NCBI GenBank assembly: GCA_964255285.1
Contig: CAXUUL010000105.1
Coordinates: forward strand, 1 to 32,003
Length of the DNA: 32,003 nucleotides
Reading direction: 5' to 3'
Source: Ionaspis alba
Lineage: Eukaryota
A program made the position numbers and the translations under genes. This document shows, one piece after another, positions 20,988 to 32,003 of the stretch. Within the stretch, counting starts at the first letter, position 1. Each line of letters opens with the position of its first letter. The notes beneath the pieces are model-generated. The model ran no database searches. It had not been told where the DNA came from and worked only from the letters and a program-made list of their open reading frames with translations.

Positions 20988-23900
20988 ATGGGTTTCGTGG
21001 AGGATATTTATGGACCACAAATAGAAGAAGAGCAGTCATCCAGTGTATACGAGTACCAAAATACCCCAGAGAACCGGTCATGGGCCGGCGCTCTGCCGGT
21101 GAAGCAGGGTCTCTACGACCCTGAGTTGGAGAAGGATGCTTGTGGTGTTGGTTTTGCCGCGTGAGTACTTTTTACAGCTGCTCAAATCGACACTGAAATA
21201 CTCTAGAATACTGACTCTTGGATTAGGCACATCAAAGGTGTCGCGAGCCACAAGATCATCAGCGATGGCATGTTTTCTCTTAGTCTTTCCTCAATGTTTC
21301 GGCTAACACAAAATACAGCACGCAATCTTCTCTGTAATATGACCCATCGAGGTGCGGTAGGATCAGATGCAAGGGATGGCGATGGTGCTGGTGTTATGAC
21401 CTCCATTCCACACAGATTCTTCATCAAGAACTTCGAACGGGAGACGGGGTACAAGCTGCCTCCTCAGGGTCAGTACGCTGCGGGGAATCTCTTCTTCAAG
21501 CCTGACCAGGAGATTTTGAAGGAGTCTACTGCCACTTTTGAGGAAATCGCAGAGTCACTCGATCTGAGGGTGCTCGGGTGGCGAGAGGTTCCGAGAGACA
21601 CCAGCCTGCTTGGACCTGCGGCAGTTTCTAGAGAGCCACTGATCCTCCAGCCTTTCGTCGTCCTGCGCTCTGCTTACGGTACTGGTAACGAGCCTGAGAT
21701 CACTGATCCCCAGCGATTCGACGAGAAGCACTTTGAGCGACAACTCTACGTACTGCGCAAACGAGCTACCCACACTATCGGATTACACAACTGGTTTTAC
21801 ATCTGCTCGCTGAGCAACAAAAACATCGTGTATAAGGGTCAATTGGCACCGGTTCAGGTTTACCAATACTACCATGATCTCGTATCGGTGGATTACGAAG
21901 GACACTTTGCGCTGGTCCACTCTCGATTCTCGACCAATACCTTTCCAAGCTGGGATCGCGCACAACCACTCCGGTGGGCGGCTCATAATGGTACATTTCA
22001 CTGCACCTACTCATACTCATACAGTAATGACTAATGATCAATAGGTGAAATCAACACCTTGCGAGGAAATAAGAATTGGATGCGTGCACGTGAAGGTGTT
22101 ATGCAGTCTGATTTCTTCAAAGACGAACTCGATCTTCTATACCCGATCGTGGAAGACGGAGGGTCTGATTCGGCCGCTTTCGATAACGTGTTGGAGTTGT
22201 TGACAATAAATGGTGTACTTTCATTGCCCGAAGCGGTCATGCTGATGGTGCCTGAGGCGTGGCAGGACAATGCTACAATGGATCCCGCAAAAGCAGCGTT
22301 CTACGAATGGGCAGCATGTCAAATGGAGCCTTGGGACGGCCCAGCACTCTTCACGTTCGCTGACGGCAGATACTGTGGTGCGAACCTCGATCGAAACGGG
22401 CTTCGACCATGCAGATACTACGTGACGGATGATGATCGTATTATTTGTGCATCGGAAGTAGGCACTATTTTGATTGATCCAGAAAGAATTGTGCAGAAAG
22501 GTCGTTTGCAACCTGGCAAAATGCTTTTAGTCGATACTGTAGCTGGTCGTATTGTGGATGATGCCGAGCTCAAGCAGACTGTCTCCAACCGTCAAGACTT
22601 CAGGTCATGGCTACAGAAGGAGCTCCTCACCCTGCCTGCGGTCTATACTAAATTGCAGGAAGAAGGCACTGACCTTAGCTTCAAGCTGAATGACTTGAAC
22701 GTACAAGCAGACCCAATGCTCAAAGCCTTTGGCTACTCCTTCGAACAAGTCAGTCTGCTTCTAGGCCCCATGGCGGCAGATTCAAAGGAAGCCCTGGGTT
22801 CCATGGGTAATGATGCTCCCCTCGCATGTCTAGCACAACAGCCACGTCTCCTGTATGAGTACTTCCGTCAACTCTTCGCCCAGGTCACGAACCCTCCCAT
22901 TGACCCCATTCGGGAGGCTATCGTCATGTCGCTGGAGTGCTACGTTGGCCCTCAAGGTAATCTACTTGAAATGGACGCCTCGCAGTGTCACCGTCTTCTC
23001 CTTCCCTCTCCCGTACTGTCCATCGAGGACTTCAATGCCCTCAAAAACATCACTCAACTCTATCGCGAATGGACTGTCAAGACCATTGATATCACATTTC
23101 CGAAAGCCGAAGGTGTCGAGGGCTACATGAATGCTCTCGACCGTATTTGCCAGGCAGCTACCGAAGGAATTGAGAGTGGCGACAGGATTATCATCCTGTC
23201 CGACAGAGCGACTTCCGCTGATCGCGTTCCTGTCTCCGCTCTCCTTGCCACCGGGATGGTTCATCATCATTTGGTGCGCAACAAATGGCGATCTCAAGTT
23301 GCACTTGTCGCTGAGACTGCCGAAGCCCGAGAGGTACATCACATGTGTGTTCTTCTTGGATACGGTGTCGATGCCATCTGCCCATACCTGGCAATGGAAT
23401 GTATTTTCAAGATGAATCGAGAGAAGCTTATCCGAAAAAAGCTTACAAACGACCAAGTCATCCAGAATTACAAATACTCCTGTGACGGTGGTGTATTGAA
23501 AGTCATGAGCAAGATGGGAATTTCTACGCTGCAGAGCTATAAAGGAGCTCAGATCTTCGAAGCTCTTGGTGTCGATGATAGCGTCGTTGATCGCTGCTTT
23601 ACTGGAACAGCAACCCGCATCAAGGGCATGACGTTCGAGCTCATTGCGCAAGACGCCTTTGCCTTCCACGAGAAAGGCTTCCCATCACGCTACATTATGA
23701 ACATTCCGGGTCTTGCGGAATCAGGCGAGTACCATTGGCGAGACGGCGGAGAACCGCATATCAATGATCCCGTCAGCATTGCCAATATCCAGGATGCAGT
23801 CAGAACCAAGAACGACAAATCCTACGAAGCCTATTCAATGTCCGAGTATGAACAAATTAAGAATTGCACGCTTCGCGGAATGCTCGATTTCTGCTTCGAC

Positions 23901-26900
23901 GAAAGAACGCCGGTACCAATTGACCAGGTCGAGCCATGGACCGAAATTGTTCGTCGCTTCGTCACAGGAGCCATGTCCTACGGATCGATCTCCATGGAGT
24001 CGCACTCCACACTAGCTGTTGCCATGAACCGGCTAGGCGGCAAGTCCAATACTGGTGAAGGTGGTGAAGATCCAGAGCGCAGTTTGAGGATGGAAAATGG
24101 CGATACAATGCGATCGGCCATCAAACAGGTTGCATCAGGACGCTTTGGTGTCACTTCGAACTATCTTGCTGACTCAGACGAACTGCAAATCAAAATGGCA
24201 CAGGGCGCAAAACCAGGAGAAGGAGGAGAACTGCCTGGGCATAAGGTGTCCGGTCCCATTGCAAGGACACGGCATTCCACTCCTGGAGTTGGTCTCATCT
24301 CACCACCACCGCATCACGACATCTATTCCATCGAAGATCTAAAACAGCTAATCTACGACCTAAAGTGCTCCAATCCTCGAGCACGAGTATCCGTCAAACT
24401 CGTTTCTGAGACTGGAGTTGGCATCGTCGCTTCTGGTGTTGCCAAGGCCAAGGCGGATCATATCTTGATCTCTGGACACGACGGCGGTACGGGAGCTTCG
24501 AGGTGGACTGGCATTAAATATGCTGGTCTGCCATGGGAACTGGGGCTCGCAGAGACTCATCAGACTTTGGTACTCAATGATCTCCGAGGACGTGTGATTG
24601 TGCAAACGGATGGTCAGCTGCGAACTGGTCGTGATGTGGCAATCGCCTGCTTGCTTGGAGCTGAGGAATGGGGCTTTGCTACGACTCCTCTTATTGCCAT
24701 GGGCTGCATCATGATGCGCAAGTGTCACCGTTCGTAAAAAATCACCCTTTTGTTTACGTTACTTTGCTGACATTCTTTATAGTGAATACGTGCCCCGTCG
24801 GCATAGCCAGCCAGGATCCCGAGCTCCGCAAGAAGTTCCAGGGGACTCCCGAACATGTCATCAACTTCTTCTATTACATCTCGAACGAGCTCCGAGCTAT
24901 CATGGCGAAGTTGGGCTTCCGTACCATCAATGAGATGGTTGGTCATTCCGAAGCACTTCGTGTACGGGAGGACCTCCGAACACCAAAAACCGAAAACCTT
25001 GATCTCGGACTCATTCTTACTCCAGCCCACGAACTTCGTCCTGGTGTCGCGACTTACAATGTCCGAAAGCAGGATCACAGACTTCATGTCAGACTCGACA
25101 ACAAGCTGATCGCAGAGTCTGAATTGGCACTCGAGAAGGGCCTGCCATGTCGTATCGAATGTGACATTGTCAACACTGATCGTGCTCTTGGTGCGACTCT
25201 TTCGTACCAGATCAGTAGACGGTACGGTGAGGCCGGTCTACCTCAAGATACTATCCATGCCAATATTAAGGGTTCAGCTGGGCAGTCATTCGGCGCATTC
25301 CTTGCTCCGGGTGTGACTCTCGAGCTGGAAGGCGATGCTAACGACTACATTGGAAAAGGTCTCTCTGGAGGGCGTCTTATCATTTACCCACCCCGCTCAG
25401 CAGTCTTCAAGGCTGAGGAGAATGTCCTGATTGGCAATGTTTGTTTGTATGGTGCCACTAGTGGCACATGCTATTTCCGTGGCATGGCTGCAGAACGCTT
25501 TGCTGTACGAAATTCTGGAGCGACGGCAGTCGTCGAAGGAGTTGGTGACCACGGTTGTGAATATATGACCGGAGGTCGTGTGCTTGTTCTGGGTGGCACT
25601 GGTCGCAATTTTGCAGCTGGTATGTCCGGAGGCATTGCTTATGTCCTGGATATGAATCAAGACTTCACGTCGAAGGTGAACATGGAGATGGTGGAAGTGT
25701 CCGGCCTTGAGGATCCGTCCGAGATCGCTTTCATCCGAGGCTTGATCGAGGATCATCACCACTACACTGGGTCTGAGCTTGCCGCTCGTGTTCTACTCGA
25801 CTTCTCACGCGCTCTCCCACGGTTCGTGAAAGTGCTCCCAACTGACTACAAGCGAGTCATGGCCGAAGAAGCCGCCAAGGCCGAAGCTGCTAAGAAGGCA
25901 GAGTATCCTCTTCCCATCCTGCCGGGCAATCCGGTGCGAACGCTTCACGAAGAATCGAAGAAGAAGGAGCATGATCATGAAGCTAAGGCTAAGAAGAACG
26001 ACATGCTTGACATTGAGGAGAGCGTTGGGGACAACAAGGCCGAAAAGAAGCGTTCTGCTCTGGTTTTGGACAAGACCAAGGGCTTCATGAAGTATCAGCG
26101 AAGGGCTGAGAAATACAGGAAGCCAGAGACCAGAACAAGAGACTGGAAAGAACTATCGTCTCGACTGAACGAGGACGAGCTCAAGTATCAAGCTGCACGC
26201 TGCATGGACTGCGGTGTGCCTTTCTGCCAGTCTGACACTGGATGCCCGATCTCCAACATTATTCCCAAATGGAACGAGTTGGTCTTTCAGAACCAGTGGA
26301 AGGATGCGCTTGATCGTCTTCTGATGACCAACAACTTCCCCGAGTTCACCGGTCGTGTCTGCCCAGCGCCTTGCGAAGGTGCTTGTGTCTTGGGAATCAA
26401 CGAAGACCCTGTCGGTATCAAGTCCATCGAATGCGCTATCATTGACCGTGGATTTGATATGGGGTGGATGGTACCTCAGCCACCCAAGAACCGCACTGGA
26501 AAGACAGTTGCGGTTATTGGCTCCGGCCCTGCGGGATTGGCTGCAGCGGATCAGCTGAATAAGGCTGGCCATATCGTCACCGTATATGAAAGATCTGATC
26601 GTATCGGAGGTCTTCTTATGTATGGTATTCCCAATATGAAGCTTGACAAGACTGTTGTTCAGCGTCGTGTCAATTTTATGGCAGATGAGGGCATCAAATT
26701 TGTCACAAGCACGTCTGTCGGCCCTGATAGCGATGTTACCTTACAGTCTCTCCGGGATGAATTCGACGCAGTCGTGATTGCGACTGGAGCTACTGTTGCT
26801 CGTGATCTGAAGATCCCCAACCGAGAGCTGGAGGGAATTCACTTTGCCATGCAATTCTTGCACCGCAACACCAAGTCGCTTCTTGACTCCGAGCTAAAGG

Positions 26901-27670
26901 ATGGTGAGTACATCTCCGCCAAGGGCAAGGACGTTATCGTCATTGGCGGCGGAGATACTGGAAACGACTGCATTGGTACTTCCGTCCGCCATGGTGCCAA
27001 GTCCGTCACCAATTTCGAGCTACTTCCTCAGCCACCTCCCGAGCGCGCCCGCGACAATCCATGGCCACAGTGGCCTCGTATTTACCGTGTCGACTACGGC
27101 CACACCGAGGTCAAGACCCACATGGGCAAGGACCCTCGTGAGTACTGTGTCATGTCCAAGGAGTTCGTCGGTGACGACGATGGCCACGTCAAGGGCATCA
27201 ATATTCATCGTGTCGAATGGACGAAGAGTGCCTCTGGTGGTTGGGACATGAAGCAGGTCGAAGGAAGCGAGCAGTTTTTCCCTGCCGATCTTGTTCTACT
27301 CTCTATGGGATTCCTAGGCCCGGATGATCGTCTTCTAGGTACCGAAGTTGAGAAAGATGCCCGCAAGAACATCAAAACCCCTCCCGGGCAATACAACACC
27401 AATTTGCCAGGGGTCTTCGCTGCTGGTGATTGTCGTCGTGGACAATCTCTTATCGTCTGGTAAGTTTATGCCTCGATTGGTATTGCAGAAGTAAATAACT
27501 AATGTTTGACCAGGGGCATCAACGAAGGCCGGCAAGCAGCTCGCGATGTCGATGTATACCTGATGGGAGTCGGCACTCAGCTTCCCAAGACAGGAGGCAT
27601 TGTCCAACGTGCGCCCTACGAGATCATCGGGCATCCAGATCGCATGCGACAGCAGGCTGTCGCGGCCTAA
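20988..27670 (+). CDS. GLT1: NADH-dependent glutamate synthase (GOGAT), fused alpha+beta polypeptide (6 exons)
   Basis: Propeptide then EKDA/CGVGF (Ntn-amidotransferase Cys), [49 protein letters not shown] (3Fe-4S), [38 protein letters not shown]. Introns 21161-21226, 21268-21318 (GC-AG), 21991-22044, 24730-24782, 27460-27513. Confidence 0.98.
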
Positions 27671-28197
27671 TATTTACGTTCTATATACATGTTGCAGGTT
27701 TATTAGAGCCGATCGGAGGAGCGGGAACGATTCTGGGATGATATCAAGGAGGCGCATGTATGATGGCTACGTTGTTGTTGTTGTTGCAAAGGAGAATTTT
27801 GAAAAGCGCGAGATACCTTTATCTGCTTCTGTTCGTTCGTTTGCATAGTCTATCTTGGGTTTCTGCATTCGCTGTGAATGTGCTATTAGTCTTGGTTGTA
27901 GCGTCTAATCATGCATGCGCTGCAGTGTGGAATTATGTATGCTCATTACATGGATAGAATGGAGAATGCGTGCTCCAATTATGCTTGCTGAAACTTTATG
28001 ATAAACTGTGATCAATAATGTTGAAAGACGATCACGAAGTCCCGATGCACCCGGATACCGGCAATAAGAATCTTAATTCCGCCAGCCTATGACGTCGACA
28101 AACAATTCCTGGAGATAAATGCCCCTCGACCGACCTACCAGCAACACATATTTTACTTTAATATATATCTCTAACAAATAGAAATAACATCATAATC

Positions 28198-29192
28198 ATG
28201 CCTCGCGTCTTCCTCGTCACCGGAACCTCCACCGGCTTCGGCTACCATCTTGTAAACAAAATCATCGCCGCCGGCGACACCTGCATCGCAACCGCACGAA
28301 ATCCCTCCTCCCTCTCCTTCCCCAACACCACCCCAAAGAACTTCTAGCCGTTAAACTCGATGTCACCTCCCACGCCGACATCGACGCCGCCTTCAAAGCT
28401 GGACTCGACGCTTTCGGTCGCATCGATGTGGTGGTCAACAACGCTGGCTATGGGCTCTCTGGTCCTTTTGAGGAGCTAGCCGAGGAGCAGATTAGAACAC
28501 AGATGGAAGTTAACTTCTTTGGGCTTATTGCGGTGACGAAGAAGGCGATGCAGGTCATGAGGGAGCAGAAACCGAGTGGAGGTTTGATTCAGCAGGTTAC
28601 CAGTATTGGGGGGCAGAGGGGTGTTCCGCTTTTTTCGGTGAGTTCGATAGAGGATTGGAAGTCGAGGAGGGTTGGCTGACTTAGGATTAGATTTATTGTG
28701 CGAGTAAGTGGGCTGTTGAGGGCTTCACGGAGGCGGTTGCGCAGGAGGTGAAGCCTGAGTGGAATATTAAGTTCACGTGTGTGGAACCTGGTGGATTCAG
28801 GTATGGCCTCCGTGTCCTACTTGTTAGATCTCAAGCTTTTGTTGACGGCGACCGTAGGACCGATTGGGCTGGCAGAAGTATGGCCTTTGCTGAGGAAAGA
28901 CACCCTGCATACGACCACCTGAATGCGAAGGAGGCGATGGGTCAGCGCAACGGAAAGCAAGGCGGTGATCCTGAGAAGGGTGCACAGGCTATGTATGACT
29001 TGGCTGTTATGGAAGATCCACCATTGAGATGCTTGTTGGGATCGGATGCTTTCCAGGTATGATCACATCTTGGGAGGGTACATGGTGTGGGACTTTTGTT
29101 GACTGTGTGCGCAGGGAATGACGAAGAAACTGGAGACTTATAGTGAGAGCTATAAGAAATATGAGAAGTTGACGAAGAGCACCGATGGATGA
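28198..29192 (+). pseudogene. Classical short-chain dehydrogenase/reductase interrupted by a single -1 frameshift (pseudogene, sequencing error or recoded gene)
   Basis: MPRVFLVTGTSTGFG...NTTPKNF then TAG at 28345-28347. The -1 frame continues LAVKLDVT...IDVVVNNAGYG...TSIGG...YCASK...VEPGGFRTDW. Introns 28638-28690, 28801-28857, 29057-29114; TGA at 29190-29192. Confidence 0.85.
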
Positions 29193-29478
29193 GCATGAAG
29201 AGGATAAATCGACGAAGTCACTGAATGTATATATGGGCCTGGCCATCTACAAGAGTTCATATTATGCTGGACTGCCTGTGCTGTCCAGATGCAATGCTAG
29301 TTCCTCGGTCTATACAAACGCAGTTTCAACGTGCAGCACAAGCTTGAGCCATATCACAAGGGACATCCGCGAGAAAGCTTTAGTACTGACGCCATGCATT
29401 AGTCAAACTGTAGCTTCTAATATCCAGCCCCAAACAGAAACAAATCCAGTCTATCCCAAGCATCCCAAACGCCCTTCC

Positions 29479-29578
29479 NNNNNNNNNNNNNNNNNNNNNN
29501 NNNNNNNNNNNNNNNNNNNNNNNNNNNNNNNNNNNNNNNNNNNNNNNNNNNNNNNNNNNNNNNNNNNNNNNNNNNNNN
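29479..29578. other. Assembly gap (100 N)
   Basis: Run of exactly 100 N, typical of a gap of unknown size. Confidence 0.99.
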
Positions 29579-29598
29579 TATTATACCTTTCTACGTTC

Positions 29599-31512
29599 TC
29601 AATACCACCCTTCCTTCCTCAAAAGCTCCAACCCCTTCTCCGACACAATCTCGAACCTCCCTTCATCCCAATCCAGCTGTATTTTCTTTCTGTCCGCTTC
29701 ATCGCCTGCCTTGTACTTCATCACAAATGCCTTAGCATGCCTCGCTACCTCTTTCTCGGGATTCTTTCCCCGTCTACTCTGCTCGATGACACCGCTGATG
29801 TATTTTCGAAAATTGTCTTCTGTCCAAAAGGAATGATTTTCACCGTTATGAGTAGGGTTGATATTGTCTGTAGTGTGGCCGCCACGGGTTCGAGAACGTC
29901 CTCGCTCTCTCGGAGTCTCGGGTCTTTCTCGACGCTGAGTACTCCGCCCACGTTCGTGTTCTTTATGAGAACGCCCATCCATATTATTCGGACCACGACT
30001 TCTGCTCAGATGCCTTTTACTTGGCTCGCCACGTGACGGTCTTGTCGATCTACTCCTTGCCCTGCTACGCATTGAGTGTCTGCTATCATCTGGCTCGCTG
30101 CTAGGGCGGGGGATCTTATGTTCCGGAATAGTATAGTGAGACTGTGGACGATGACGCTGGTCTCGTGGAAAGTAGTATACGGTCTCCGAGCGGTCACGAC
30201 GTATCGGCGCTGCTTGAGCTTGGGAAGATTGATAGGACCTGCGAGGATGGTGACTAGTTTGGGAGGACGGCGAGGACGGTTGGACAGTGTAAGAGCGGTG
30301 GAGTTGTCCTGGTTGCGAATGACTCGACTGATAGTAATTGACAGAAGGATGTCTGCGGGGACCTCGAGGGCCATCGTAGCCAGCTGTTTGTGGAGAGGAT
30401 GATCGAGAGTATGCCGGAGAGGGAGGGTAAGACCTAGGAACATAGTCCTGATCGCGGACAGGGGTTGGTTCTCTGGAGTGCGGAGGAGTTGGAGGCATGC
30501 GATGTCTTGGTGTGGGTGGAAATGCAGATCCGGGGTATGGATATTGCATCTTCATATGTCGTGAGTGGTGAATCCAGCCTGTTGCATGATCATACTCGGA
30601 GCTCTGGCGTAGAGAATTTGAGGACCAGCTCGGCGGTCTAAGTCTTTCATATGACCAACTTCTGGCCATTGACCTGGGTTGCCTAAGAGCTTCGCCTGAA
30701 GTTCTACCTGGCGCGGTGGGTGGCTTGTCTTGGTAGTAGCGTTCCTGGCTGTCTTCGGCTTTTGTACTTGTGCCTCGGTGAAGAGATGATTCTGAATAAT
30801 CTTTTTTGTCCACGCTAGAGTTTCTATTCAGATCGGATACTGGGATTGGGTCAGAGGGCTCAGCTTGAGGACCTGTTAATAAAGTATCGGATGGTTCTTT
30901 GGGAGCTGGATTCCTTGCAGGATTTGTGAAAGTCTGTCCTGTGTCCCCATATCCCATATCTGTGTGCTCAGTACTCCTCGGTGGTACGCATCCAGTTTGC
31001 GTCGTAGACACATGTGTAGTGAGATTTGGGTCTTCGTTTGCCGAGCTGAACCTCATAGGCGATTGTTCCTTCCTTTCGGTATTCTTATGTCGATCTTGTT
31101 CACTAGCGATGATGCTGTCCAGAATCTCGGCGTTGCCAGCGGGCGGCTCGCCTTTTGCTCCTTGTTCATGCATAGCAGAAGATTCGCCTTCCTCGACAAA
31201 TGCTACTCTGCTCGGATTCGCTGTTTTGGCTCCTGACTGCTCGTCGGGCTTGGACTCCCTAGTATCTCTAACCCCTCTCAAAACCGGTGCGCTATAGCCT
31301 CTTATTGGGAGATCGACAAAAAGCTCTGTTCGACCTGCCCGTGGTCCTCTATGGTGGCTTTGGCGCTTTCTCTGCAAGCTGTAATCTTGTTTCCCACGCC
31401 GTCGTACTAACCTGTATTCAGGGAACTTCTTCCCGTTTTCTTGGTCTCTGAGAACCCTGACTTCGGGAGGGCGGAACAGAAGTATATTAGAAAGCCAGGA
31501 GATAAAACCCAT
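29599..31512 (-). CDS. Hypothetical 637-aa, mostly disordered Ser/Arg/Pro-rich protein
   Basis: Uninterrupted 1.9-kb ORF with a short hydrophobic start (MGFISWLSNILLF) and a more ordered C-terminal ~75 aa (FWTEDNFRKYISGV...LLRKEGWY). No family recognised. Confidence 0.75.
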   Translation of the reverse strand: MGFISWLSNILLFRPPEVRVLRDQENGKKFPEYRLVRRRGKQDYSLQRKRQSHHRGPRAGRTELFVDLPIRGYSAPVLRGVRDTRESKPDEQSGAKTANPSRVAFVEEGESSAMHEQGAKGEPPAGNAEILDSIIASEQDRHKNTERKEQSPMRFSSANEDPNLTTHVSTTQTGCVPPRSTEHTDMGYGDTGQTFTNPARNPAPKEPSDTLLTGPQAEPSDPIPVSDLNRNSSVDKKDYSESSLHRGTSTKAEDSQERYYQDKPPTAPGRTSGEALRQPRSMARSWSYERLRPPSWSSNSLRQSSEYDHATGWIHHSRHMKMQYPYPGSAFPPTPRHRMPPTPPHSREPTPVRDQDYVPRSYPPSPAYSRSSSPQTAGYDGPRGPRRHPSVNYYQSSHSQPGQLHRSYTVQPSSPSSQTSHHPRRSYQSSQAQAAPIRRDRSETVYYFPRDQRHRPQSHYTIPEHKIPRPSSEPDDSRHSMRSRARSRSTRPSRGEPSKRHLSRSRGPNNMDGRSHKEHERGRSTQRRERPETPRERGRSRTRGGHTTDNINPTHNGENHSFWTEDNFRKYISGVIEQSRRGKNPEKEVARHAKAFVMKYKAGDEADRKKIQLDWDEGRFEIVSEKGLELLRKEGWY

Positions 31513-32003
31513 AGAGTTACGGTTATGGGAGAAACTGTGAGATTGAAGTAGGCAATGAGATAGGTGTAGGAGAGTTGACTGTCCTGAGAACGATGGAGAG
31601 AGAACATATCGAGGACGACAGCACGACTTATATACACTCGAGACGCAGGGTTGAACCAGAATGAGAGTTTCCTCTTATTTGGCACAGTCGTGAATAGTTT
31701 CGTGATAGAAACATGAAATAGAGAGATACTCCACTTCACCGTGTCAAGATGCTCCAATACCATCACATGGAGAGATACCGGCAGTGATAAGAACAACGCA
31801 TCTGCATTCACCACATCCACGGCCAACCAAGCTCTCGATTCCATAGCAACAAAATTTAGAATGTAAGAATTCACGAAAGAAACTCATTCCAATCGGCAAA
31901 CACAAAACCTTCACGCACGCCAAGCACTTACCATTCACAACGCTAGTCAAACCTCATTCTTTCCCCACCACCCCTCCTCCCCCTAATCACGAGTTCTCTG
32001 TCC

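Noticed and set aside
21555..27634. Many short alternative-frame and antisense ORFs inside GLT1
   Set aside because: Shadows of a long conserved CDS with no independent motifs.
29185..30036. 283-aa plus-strand ORF
   Set aside because: It spans the N gap and is antisense to the 637-aa ORF, so it is an artefact.
1..32003. CRISPR arrays, rRNA, intact transposase or secondary-metabolite cluster
   Set aside because: None seen; this is a fungal housekeeping neighbourhood.

Overview
Eukaryotic DNA, almost certainly from a filamentous ascomycete (Pezizomycotina): short GT-AG introns with CTRAC/CTAAT-type branch points and compact intergenic spaces. Gene models were spliced by eye, and families were assigned from remembered motifs, not database searches. 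In order, the window holds: a decayed F-box-like gene; BET1 SNARE (absent from the ORF track); CHZ1 divergent from ORC5; APC15; an accessory-looking block (APH/Aim9-like phosphotransferase, a perfect 25-bp hairpin, two orphan Arg/Ser/Gly-rich genes); YME2 divergent from an EMI1-like gene; cytosolic HSP70 (with a perfect HSE) divergent from NADH glutamate synthase GLT1; a short-chain dehydrogenase broken by one -1 frameshift; a 100-N gap; and a 637-aa disordered orphan. Most of the window is ordinary housekeeping DNA, and I cannot demonstrate a new multi-gene system. The best leads are the GC-AG, in-frame, stop-free intron and long open leader of GLT1, the SDR frameshift sitting on a C CCA AAG slippery heptamer, and the TAG...CTA palindrome inside the accessory block.
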